Positions 36,701-48,700 of a stretch of 60,000 nt of DNA are shown piece after piece. Numbering within the stretch: position 1 is the first letter of the stretch; every line of letters starts with the position of its first letter. A model generated the notes under the pieces. The model was not told the origin of the DNA. It saw nothing but the letters and a program-made list of their open reading frames with translations, and did not search any database. The stretch spans positions 15,688,001 to 15,748,000 of the forward strand of contig CM075988.1 in NCBI GenBank assembly GCA_038087875.1. The letters are read 5' to 3'. Source of the stretch: Malacoraja senta (Eukaryota). Both the position numbers and the translations under genes were made by a program.

Positions 36701-39700
36701 TCGTTTGGGGGTGGGAGAGGGCTGTTCCCATTCCGCTGCCACTTATCCACATCTACAGAATTACATTGGTTTGTGGCTGAGTCATTGGAGGGAGAAAATT
36801 GTGGGAGATTTTAAGATAAAACCAAAGGGAGGGACGGGTGGGCTATTCAGATAAGTGTCTTTGTTCCGAGAATTCCTCCAACAGATTGCTTCGTGTTACT
36901 TATGGTGGAGTAGCATTTTAGGAAACAACTGTGGGTTTTAGCAATTATCTTTACAGCCATAGTCGTTCATTCTTGAAGGGTTAGACTTTAAGAATTTAGA
37001 CTTCAGGGTTCTGCTGTCATCAGATGCACGGCTCTGTCCCCACAAGCTGTGTTGCTGATGCACCTCCACAACCTGGATCCAAAATGATCCACCTGATGGT
37101 CTGCCTCATCTCAATCCTGCAGGTCTGTTTAATTTCAATGTAACAGGCTGGTTTCGAAAGCAACTGCACTAAATCAATGAAAAATATATATTCTCAAGGA
37201 TTATTATTGAGTATTCTTCTAGGAATTATTTCAGTATTCAAGACTTTCTTCCAGTCGATTGTAAGGAGTGGACGATTCCTGTAGGCAAATTACTTTAATG
37301 TGGTGTCGACTTTACTCACAAACTATTACATGGTCTTGATAGTGTCAAGGAAGTCCAAGGCGACTTGAGAGTAGACTCTACTGCACAGAATTAGCACTCC
37401 TTTTCTTTGGCCTGCTTCCTTCTGGCTTAATCTCATCATTCTAGAACATATAACTGGATGTATAGATCGAGCCTATCCTCTCCCCTGTTCCCCCACAACC
37501 CCTGGTTCTTGAAAACCCTACCAAAGGAAACTTTCTTCATATCTACCATAGTTAATTCTATAATCATTTATAAGTATCTGGTTTAGAATATGCTCCTTGT
37601 TGTCCACTCCCAAGCCATGTATGTTCAAGGAATCATAATTTTAGTTATGTGTCCTACTGGAAAGTACCTTGCAACTTTAATTCTTTGCACCAAAGTTGCG
37701 TTCTATCATTCATTTTTGTGAAATGGACTTTTGCAGCAAGGCCAGTAGTAATGTCCGTCCCAGTACAACCTAAAGGTAGTTGTGGTTTTTATGCTGCAAC
37801 TCAACCTGGGAGTTATTTATGGGATGATGTTTCTAAACGTTTATCAAACTTGTACAGAAATAGCTTGATCATAGTTAAATGGTCATTTATTGTGTTTTGG
37901 GTAGATTATTATCAAGCAGTTCAGGGGTTCCCAGCCTTTTTTAGTCCCATTTACCCGTGGCAACTTTAATAGCACATAACAATGTTATTTCACTTATTTA
38001 TTAACAACTAATGATGAACAGATACTGATATACCAGAGCCAAACACAGTCAGTCAATGAGAAAAAATATGTACAAATCCAGAATCAACAAATTTACCCCC
38101 TGGGTAGGCGAAATTTACCCTTTGGGGTAAATTTACCCCAGGTTGGGAACCCTTGAAGTAGTTAATATACTGAAGTGCCAATTAATGTGTTTGCGATCTC
38201 AAAACAAAAATGACTTTGTTAAAAGTTGAAATTCTGTTCATCTATAACAGATCCATTTATTGTAGCAAGATCTAGTTTTTCCCGTTAGTGTACACATTGT
38301 GTTTGAGATGAGCCATGTCTTATTTTGTTTTTCCCAGCTTGCTCAGACTCAGACTGGCAGTGTGGTGAACATGCTGAAAGAACAGTACCCACATGCACAA
38401 CTTGAAGTCGGTATGTACAAGTTGCTTGGAGATAAGATGATATGGAAAGACTACAAATTTACACTTGTTTATTAACAATTATATAGATAAATCTAGTCAG
38501 CCATTTGAGCAGGGTGCCAATGATCTTTAGGGAACATAAACTTGACAAGAGGCTTTATGTCAATTTTCTGCCCAGACTGCTGGCCTTATGATTCCATGGG
38601 CCTCAATTTTACAAACCAGCCCTTTTGTGTGGAACTCATTAAAATGCTTTGTGAAAATCAGTATAAATGATATCTAACTGCATTTCTTTCATCAAAATTC
38701 TCTTAAAGTATATTTATCAATATCTGTCTTAAAAGCTCCAAATGACTTCTAACCCCCCTGTCTTCAGAAAAGAGTTTAAGATTAATTGTATCTTTTAAAG
38801 AACAAAACAACTCCTTGCTAATTTTGCTGCCAAACAACCTATCTCCAATTTAAAAGGCTTTGGCTCAATAACTAGATATGAATACAATTGTGTATTTAGC
38901 TTGAGCTTGATTCAGCAGTCACTGTGATTATGTCTTATCTTTGCCCACCATCCCCCAATACCTATGATTAAATTCCAATGTAAATTTGGCAATTTACCCC
39001 GGATTAGTTGACATTCACAGGTGAGAGATCTACATTTCTGCAGCTTTCTGAAAATAGAAAGAAAATCCTAAATTTACTCCTGAAATGCATCAATGCCCGC
39101 TAGTTGTAGACTCACCAAGAGTTGGAAAGATAAATAAAGAGAGTAATTCTTCTATCATTTCTTGAAAACATCACTCCAAACGCACTGTAATTTTTTTAAT
39201 GCCGTACAGCATTTATTGGTGTAAAGACTCGTTGCAATGTAACCTTTGCCCAGGTATTAATCTGTGCTCCACTCGCACCAAGCCCAATTAATCTTTCTAT
39301 ACTAGGTGTAATCTAGCCAAGCTTTTATATGGCTGTAACATCATATTTTTCTCACGTTTTCCATAACTGTAGAAACTAAGATCATCTTTTCATTCCCTTA
39401 TCCAAATCCAAAGTTTTTTGTATTTATTTCACATTGCTTCTTTTAAATATTATTGGAGTTGATTAATATTATGATTGATAAGTGGGAATCTTAATTCTGA
39501 ATTTAATCTATTTCTCCTTTGTCCAAACCCCAGTTGAGGAAAGTGTTTCTTTTAATCTGCCAAATGGGAACTCTTGATCACCTTATTCGGGTGACTGTGC
39601 TCCTACCTGTATTCAAGGGAATACAAGACAGATTTATGTAATCTTTAATCGATCCACAATAAAGTCAATCCACAATATATCACTTAGACCAGAGCTTTAA

Positions 39701-42700
39701 GCAGACATGGATTCGAGCTCTGACATAATTCCACCTCGCAGAAGTGCCAGCTGTGGTCCAATAGGTAGCACACTTCTTTCTTAGCTATGGATTCAAACCG
39801 CACTTTAGAGACTTAAGTACAACTATGTGGTTTTGCACTGGTGCAGAACTGGGGTTGTGCTGGACTGCAAGTGACATCTTTGGGTGAGACCATGTGCCCC
39901 TCAGGTAGACAGAAAAATTCCAACATCAGCGACACAATATTTGGTGCCATGGTCACTATACTCATCAATATCACTGGAACGAATTAAATCTGAGTAATCC
40001 CATTACCATTAGGTCAGCTGTTCAAATTGCTGCCATATTTTCAATATTGCAATTGTAGGAACACTTCAAAAGAGTTGTTTCATCAACTGTCAAGCACTGT
40101 AGCGTATCCTAAAGTAAATAAAGCTGCAAGTTAAAAATAAAAGTGTCGTTGCTGCTTTAAAGGTTTTACTGCTTTAAGAATCAGTCACATGGTTAACTGT
40201 TCTCATTGTGTGAGAGTTGGCTATTACAAAAACTCTATGGACTGAGAGTATTCAACAAACCACAAAATAAAACTGCAACAATCTAAACCATGATTCACAG
40301 AATAGTGAAACCATGGAGCTAACAGTAGTGGAAACGGAACAGTGGGAATCTTAAATGACGGGAATGAAGTTTTCACTAAAAGGACGGATTACATTTGTCT
40401 GGCACCGTTCACAGGTGCTTTCATTTGGAGATTTTAGAGGATATCCTGAAATCGACGATTCGAGGATATTATACTGTGCTTGAGAGCTGATGATAAAAAC
40501 TTTTTTGGAGTGTTCCTACAATTGCAATTTAGAAAATGTGACCGTAATTTGAACAGTAGTCTCAACAGTAATGGGATTATTCTAATTTAATTTGTTCCAG
40601 TGATATTGATTGATGAGATGTTATTATTTTGTTATTTAAATGTTGTTTCCATTTACCGTGCTGTGATATACTAACTGGTTTAATACTATGTTTTATTGCT
40701 GTAGTTGCCATGACTACCACCGGAGACAAAATTCTGGACACTGCCCTGTCAAAGGTACTTTGTATCTTCTGTTTGCTCTTCTATTTCTTACAATGCTGAG
40801 TTGTCCTTGAATGGATGTGGGTTAGTTAATAAAGCAGTGTAGATGGATCTTAACAGTACGATATTTGTTATGAATGTGTGTAATTGAACATCGTTGGAGT
40901 TTTATTCTGCATCTCACCCGGGCTGTATCGGATGCAGGAATAATTTATAGTGACGTTAAACATCCTTTGCAGTGTACTTTTTTGGCTGAATATTCCTCAA
41001 ATATTAAACAAAAACAATGTAAATAAAGTAAAGATTTTGAAATCTCATTCCCATATAGTTAACAAACATCAAAATACTTGCCAATTATTTGAAATGAACT
41101 TTATATCCCTTCTCCACTCAATTCCATCTGCTATTGAAAGTAATTAAAGATTGTCATCCAACGGTTTGTGAGGCGAAGAGGCCGGAGTGGGGGGGATGAG
41201 CTGATGTGTAAGGACATAATGATACTTAGCCAGTTTAATTTCTGCCCTTGTTAGATTGGTGAGAAGAGTTTGTTCACAAAGGAGCTGGAAACTGCATTGG
41301 AGAAAAATGAGTAAGAATTCTTAGATGGCAATCTACCCATCACTCACTCAATATTTTTTTGAACTTGCCCTTGAAGAAGAAGAATTTATTTAAAACTCAT
41401 TCTTTATAAATTCATTAGCTGTGCCTTAGTGGGCAATACTCAGGCTTCTGAAAAAAATTGTAGTTTATAGGTAGTTCTGCTTTCACATATTTTCGAATTG
41501 CAAACTAGATATAACATGAATGATGAAGTATGGAACGCTAAGTGTATTACGCAGGCAGAATTGGTTGTAATGAAATTTCAGTTGGGAACCAGAGAACCAC
41601 TTAAAAGGTACTTTAGAAATTGATGAGCAGAAACAAAAATCTGTCTAGGTTTCTATGTAACAACCCCACAGTTATCAGACACCATTACCTCTTCAGAAAA
41701 CAGTCTGTCCGTTTCTCCTTCAGTGGTCATTGAAATTGAAAGCAATCACTTCCATTGGCGCTTGTGCTATGATACTCATAAACAGAAGGGTCTCAACCCA
41801 AAATGTCACCCAATCCTTCTCTCCAGAGATGCTGCCTATCCTGCTGAGTTACTCCTGCGTTTTGTGTCCAACACAAAGCCTTTAGTGTTTCTTAAAGCTG
41901 TTAAAAATACCTTTATTTTTTAAAATCCTGCAGGGAAAAAAATATTATTGCAAGTCTGAAAGTCTTTAGCCCCTAACCTCCTTTTCCTCATTGACACAAT
42001 TGTTTTTATAATGTGTTTTTTCAATAACAGAGAGTTGTAGATGTAGCCTAGTTGACACATACTAGACTTCCCACCATTGACACCATTCACATTTCATGCT
42101 GCCACGGAAAAGAAACCAACCTAATCGAAGACTTGTCCCACCCCAGTCATTCCTTCTTCTCTCTTCTCCCTTCTCCCATCGGACAAAACATACACAGGCT
42201 TAATAACTCGCACCACCAGACTCGGAAAAGGCTTCTTCCCCACTGTTATCAGGCTTCTGAACGGTCCTTCCATAAGCTAGGGTACTGTCGAATCACCTCT
42301 ATTCCATTGTGGACATTGGACTTTGTCTATGGAACTGATGTGCTGCAATACTGAGAACTATATTCTGCACTCTATTATTGCTCTTGTACATGAGAGTGGT
42401 TTGATGGTATCTGATCTGTTTGGATAGCAAACAAAACAAATCTTATCACTGAATCGATACACATTGCAATATTAAACCTAATCCTAATTGCAACTAACAC
42501 ATTAAAGCAGAACTACCTGTACTGTTCCAATAGACTACAAAATCTATGATGCAACATAAAATTCAGTGCTGAGGTTGGTTCACTTGCTTCTTAATGGACT
42601 TTAAATTATCCCATGGCATAATTTTGAAGAGGAAAGGGAGTTTTTCCCAGTGGGACTCATGAGAGGTTAATAAAGAAATGTAATTTCATGAAAATCAAGG

Positions 42701-45700
42701 CCTCCTAAGGATTGTGTTGTGATTTTTTTTTTTTAAACCTAGTTAATATTATAACATGAAATGCATCACAATCAAGTTGTTCATGGAAAAGTCCCATAAA
42801 CAACAATGTGATGACGCTGGATAAACGATCCAGATTAGTGTGGAAGACGGATAATGACCTGAAACGTCAGCTGTCTATTTCCTCCTGCAGATGTTGCCTG
42901 ATCCGCTGAGTTACTCCAGCAGATTGTTTTTATTTTGCTCAGTTGATTTAGTAGTGTTGAAGCCCAGAAACCTTTGATATAATACCACAGGGTCTTTTGA
43001 CTAAGAAGCCTGTTAGTCCTTTATAACATATACATCCAACAGTACAGCAACCCACTCTGCGTACTGTGGCTGTCTTAGATGTTGTGCACAGTCTCGAGTG
43101 GGAGGACATGTATATCCCGATTCGGTCTGGCTCTTTCTGCTATCCTGTTACCTTTTTATGATGTGTATTTCTTGCAAATATGATGATTGTGTGCCCATAT
43201 ATCTAAAATCTTTGTAATGTTAATCCACATTTTGCTCCTCCAATGTAGAGTTGATTTGGTAGTTCACTCCTTGAAAGATCTGCCAACAACACTCCCTCCT
43301 GGATTTACAGTTGGAGCCATCTGCAAGTGAGTAATCTTTGCGATTGTTCACTATGATTTATACCAGAATGAACCATATCCCTGCTCTCCAATTTAATGGT
43401 CTGGGAACGTTTGATGGTACAGTGGAGGAAGATTTTCTCTGCTCCCATTGCTCGTAAATTGCAATGAACATTTCAGTAGACAAAAATGGTGGAGAAACTC
43501 AGCGGGCGCGGCAGCATCTATGGAGCGAAGGAACTAGGCAATGTTTCGGTCCGAAACCCTTCTTCAGACTGATGTAGGGTGGGGGGGCGGGAAGACGAAA
43601 GGAAGAGGAGGAGCCAGAGGGCTGAGGGAGAGCTGAGAAGGGGAGGAGACAATAAGAGACAATAACCTCTACATCGGTGAGACCAAGCGTAGGCTTGGCG
43701 ATCGTTTCGCTCCGCTCGGTCCACAATACCCAACCTGATCTCCCGGTGGCTCAGCACTTCAACTCCCCCTCCCATTCCGAATCCGACCTTTCTGTCCTCG
43801 GCCTCCTCCATGGCCAGAGTGAGCACCATCGGAAATTGGAGGAGCAGCACCTCATATTTCGCTTGGGCAGTTTATACCCCAGCGGCATGAACATTGACTT
43901 CTCCAATTTCTGGTAGCCCTTATTGTCTCCTCCCCTTCTCAGCTCTCCCTCAGCCCTCTGGCTCCTCCTCTTCCTTTGTTCTTCCCGCCCCCCCACCCTA
44001 CATTAGTCTGAAGAAGGGTTTTGGCCTGAAACGTTGCCTATTTCCTTCGCTCCATAGATGCTGCCGCACCCGCTGAATTTCTCCAGCACTTTTGCCTACC
44101 ATCAATTTTCCAGCATCTGCAGTTCCTTCTTAAACATGAACATTTCAGTTCCTGCATGATGGGGGAAAAAAACTGATTGTTACAAAAACAGTGTGGGGAT
44201 CGTGACTTGTTTTTAATCTTGCCATCCATTTCTTCCCCACCACAATCACTACAACTTTCCTCTATGCTCCCCATTTCAATATGCATGACAAGTTTTGATT
44301 GCATTTTATCCAAGCAATGACATTCTGGGCTTCATTGGAGTGACTGTAGCCAGTTTGCAGAGATTGATACTGACTTACAACTGTAGTTGTCTCATTACAG
44401 GCGCGAAATTCCTTATGATGCTGTTGTTGTGCATCCAAACAATGTGGGAAAGACCCTGGACATGCTGGCAGAGAGGAGGTAAGGCAATGATCCAAGTACA
44501 AGGTTTACAAGTTTCAGGAGCATGGGGCAATCCTAGTTTCTGACACAATTTCCCTCGTCAAAAATTGGGCAGAAATGGAACCAGCCAGTATAAAAATTAG
44601 ACTGCATGTCCATTAAAAATAAAATACGGATTAACACACTAAGAGCAAGTTTACTCTTGCATTATCTATTTCAAAATACAACTAGATGCAAGAGAATCGT
44701 TCTGTGCTGTTTTGCAGAATGTGAAACATGATCAGTAATTCAGTGAGTTGGCACATTGTGCTCAGCCCAACTCCTGTGATCTCCACTTCGTCAGTGGGAC
44801 TTCTGTTTTATTATGGGGAAGTGAACAACATAGCAATAGGTAGCAAGGTGAAATGTAAAAGTGGCAGGCGGTCAAATCCAGGGCAAAAATCAAAAAGGGC
44901 CACTTTTCAACATAATTGTATAAGGGGTAAGAGTGTTGTAAAAACAAGCCTGAAGGCTTTGTGTCTCAATGCAAGGAGCATTCGTAATAAGGTGGATGAG
45001 TTGAATGTGCTGATAGCTATTAATTACTATGATATAGTTGGGATCACGGAGACATGGCTCCAGGGTAACCAAGGCTGGGAGCTGAACATCCAGGGATATT
45101 CAATATTCAGGAGGGATAGACAGAAAGGGAAAGGAGGTGGGGTAGCGTTGCTGGTTAGAGAGCAGATTAACGCAATAGAAAGGAAGGACATTAGCTTGGA
45201 GGATGTGGAATCGATATGGGTAGAGCTGCGAAACACTAAGGGGCAGAAAACGCTAGTGGGAGTTGTGTACAGGCCACCTAACAGTAGTAGTGGAGTTGGG
45301 GATGGCATCAAACAGGAAATTAGAAATGCGTGCAACAAAGGTAAAACAGTTATAATGGGTGACTTCAATCTACATATAGATTGGGTGAATCAAATTGGCA
45401 TGGGTGCTGAGGAAGAGGATTTATTGGAATGCATATGGGATAGTTTTCTAAACCAACATGTAGAGGAACCAATGAGAGAGCAGGCTATTCTTGATTGGGT
45501 ATTGAGTAATGAGGAAGGGTTAGTTAGCAGTCTTGTGAGTGGCCCCTTGGGCAAGATTGACCATAATATGGTTGAGTTCTTCATTAGGATGGAGAGTGAC
45601 ATTGTTAATTCAGAAACAAGGGTCCTGAACTTAAAGAAAGGTAACTTTGAGGGTATGAGAAGTGAATTGGCCAAGATAGACTGGCAATTGATTCTTAATG

Positions 45701-48700
45701 GGTTGACGGTAGATATGCAATGGAAGGCATTTAAAGACTGCATGGATGAAGTACAACAATTGTTCATCCCAGTTTGGCCAAAAAAAAAATCAGGGAAGGT
45801 AGTGCATCCATGGATAACAAGGGAAATCAGGGATAGTATCAAAACAAAAGATGAAGCATACAAATTAGCCAGAAAAAGCAGCCTATCAGAGGACTGGGAG
45901 AAATTCAGAGTCCAGCAGAGGAGGACAAAGGGCTTAATTAGGAAAGGGAAAATAGATTATGAAAGAAAACTCTCAGGGAACATAAAAACTGACTGCGAAA
46001 GCTTTTATAGATATGTGAAGAGAAAAAGATTAGTTAAAACAAATGTAGGTCCCTTGCAGTCAGAAACAGGTGAATTGATCATGGGGAACAAGGACATGGC
46101 AGACCAATTGAATAACTACTTTGGTTCTGTCTTCACTAAGGAAGACATAAATAATCTGCCGGAAATAGCAGGGGACCGGGGGTCAAATGAGATGGAGGAA
46201 CTGAGTGAAATCCAGGTTAGCGGGGAAGTGGTGTTAGGTAAATTGAATGGATTAAAGGCCGATAAATTCCCAGGGGCAGATAAGCTGCATCCCAGAGTAC
46301 TTAAGGAAGTAGCCCCAGAAATAGTGGATGCATTAGTGATAATTTTTCAAAACTCTTTAGATTCTGGAGTAGTTCCTGAGGATTGGAGGGTATCTAATGT
46401 AACCCCACTTTTTAAAAAGGGAGGGAGAGAGAAAACGGGGAATTACAGACCAGTTAGTCTAACGTCGGTAGTGGGGAAACTGCTAGAATCAGTTATTAAA
46501 GATGGGATAGCAGCACATTTGGAAAGTGGTGAGTTCATTGGACAAAGTCAGCATGGATTTATGAAAGGTAAATCATGTCTGACGAATCTTATAGAATTTT
46601 TCGAGGATGTAACTAGTAGAGTGGATAAGGGAGAACCAGTGGATGTGTTATATCTGGACATTCAGAAGGCTTTCGACAAGGTCCCACATAAGAGATTAGT
46701 ATACAAACTTAAAGCACACGGTATTGGGGATTCAGTATTGATGTGGATAGAGAACTGGCTGGCAGACAGGAAGCAAAGAGTAGGAGTAAACGGGTCCTTT
46801 TCACAATGGCAGGCAGTGACTAGTGGCGTACCGCAAGGCTCAGTGCTGGGACCCCAGCTATTTACGATATAAATGATTTGGACGAGGGAATTGAATGCAA
46901 CATCTCCAAGTTTGCGGATGACACGAATCTGGGGGGCAGTGTTAGCTGTGAGGAGGATGCTCGGAGGCTGCAAGGTGACTTGGATAGGCTGGGTGAGTGG
47001 GCAAATGCATGGCAGATGCATTATAATGTGGATAAATGTGAGGTTATCCACTTTGGTGGCAAAAACAGGAAAGTAGACGATTATCTGAATGGCGGCCGAT
47101 TAGGAAAAGGGGAGATGCAACGAGACCTGGGTGTCATGGTACACTAGTCATTAAAAGTAGGCATGCAGGTGCAGCAGGCAGTGAAGAAAGCGAATGGTAT
47201 GTTAGCATTAATAGCAAAAGGATTTGAGGATAGGAGCAGGGAGGTTCTACTGCAGTTGTACAGGGTCTTGGTGAGACCACACCTGGAATATTGCGTACAG
47301 TTTTGGTCTCCTAATCTGAGGAAAGACATTCTTGCCATTGAAGGAGTACAGAGAAGGTTCACCAGACTGATTCCTGGTATGTCAGGACTTTCATATGAAG
47401 AAAGACTGGATAGACTCGGTTTGTACTCGCTAGAATTTAGAAGATTGAGGGGGGATCTTATAGAAGCGTACAAAATTCTTAAGGGGTTGGACAGGCTAGA
47501 TGCAGGAAGATTGTTCCCGATGTTGGGGAAGTCCAGAACAAGGGGTCACAGTTTAAGGATAAGGGGGAAATCTTTTAGGACCGAGATGAGGAAAACATTT
47601 TTCACACAGAGAGTGGTGAATCTCTGGAATTCTCTGCCACAGAAGGTAGTTGAGGCCAGTTCATTGGCCATATTTAAGAGGGAGTTAGATGTGGCCCTTG
47701 TGGCTAAAGGGATCAGGGGGTATGGAGAGAAAGCAGGTACAGGATACTGAGTTGGATGATCAGCCATGATCATATCGAATGGCGGTGCAGGCTCGAAGGG
47801 CCGAATGGCCTACTCCTGCACCTATTTTCTATGTTTCTATGTAACATGATGTGTATTGAGTAAGCTGATGATTTGAAGCCTGATCATTCTTAATTTTTCT
47901 TCCTGCATTTGACATGCTTGGAGAAAGATGCAGCTCATTCATTCTCATTTGGCTTCCAGCGGAGATCGGAAGGAAAAAAAAAACCTTGTGATAATTGTGT
48001 TTAATGTTAGCATTAAAGGAGACAATTTTTTGTGCAATATTTTCACTTCTCTATTCGGTCCCTGCAGTGTGATCGGTACAAGTTCCTTGCGACGAGCAGC
48101 ACAGCTGAAAAGGCGATTTCCTCACCTGGAATTCAAAGATATTGTATCTTTTTATTTATTTTCGAAGCCATGTATGCAAATAGGTAGAATTTTAAAGTGC
48201 TACTTTAGCTCACCCACCAGGTATAGGGCTTGTATTAACTAGATGAACTTGTCCATGATGCAAGTTAGGTGTGCCAGTGACCTCATTGAGCAAAGCTTAC
48301 AAATCCCAGCATTTGAAAAGGAAAAGTAGTGATTAGCTTCATGCCGTGAAAGTTGTCCTGGAGCAAACTGCTCACCTTATTATAGATGAGCTCCTTGAGA
48401 CCAAGAGCACCCTGTGCAATGTTGTCAGCAACTAAACCAGTGCACCAACTGGGTTATTCTATGAGCCGGACAAAGGTACTCAGCAGGACTAACAACAAGT
48501 CAAAGGGCAACATGGCTCCGTGTGAGCCAACAACAATAACATAAAGAAAAGTAAAGGTTGCTATTTGATTAGTCTGCCTGAAGAATTGTGTATGTTGGGA
48601 GAATCAAACGGAATGAACAATGCCTCCATCCTTGTGGAGAGATGCTGCAGCATCCAAGGGGCACAATGATTTTGAGGTTGACTTAGTGATGACAGAATCG

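Noticed and set aside
44762..47773. Minus-strand ORFs over the CR1
   Set aside because: Antisense shadows of ORF2.
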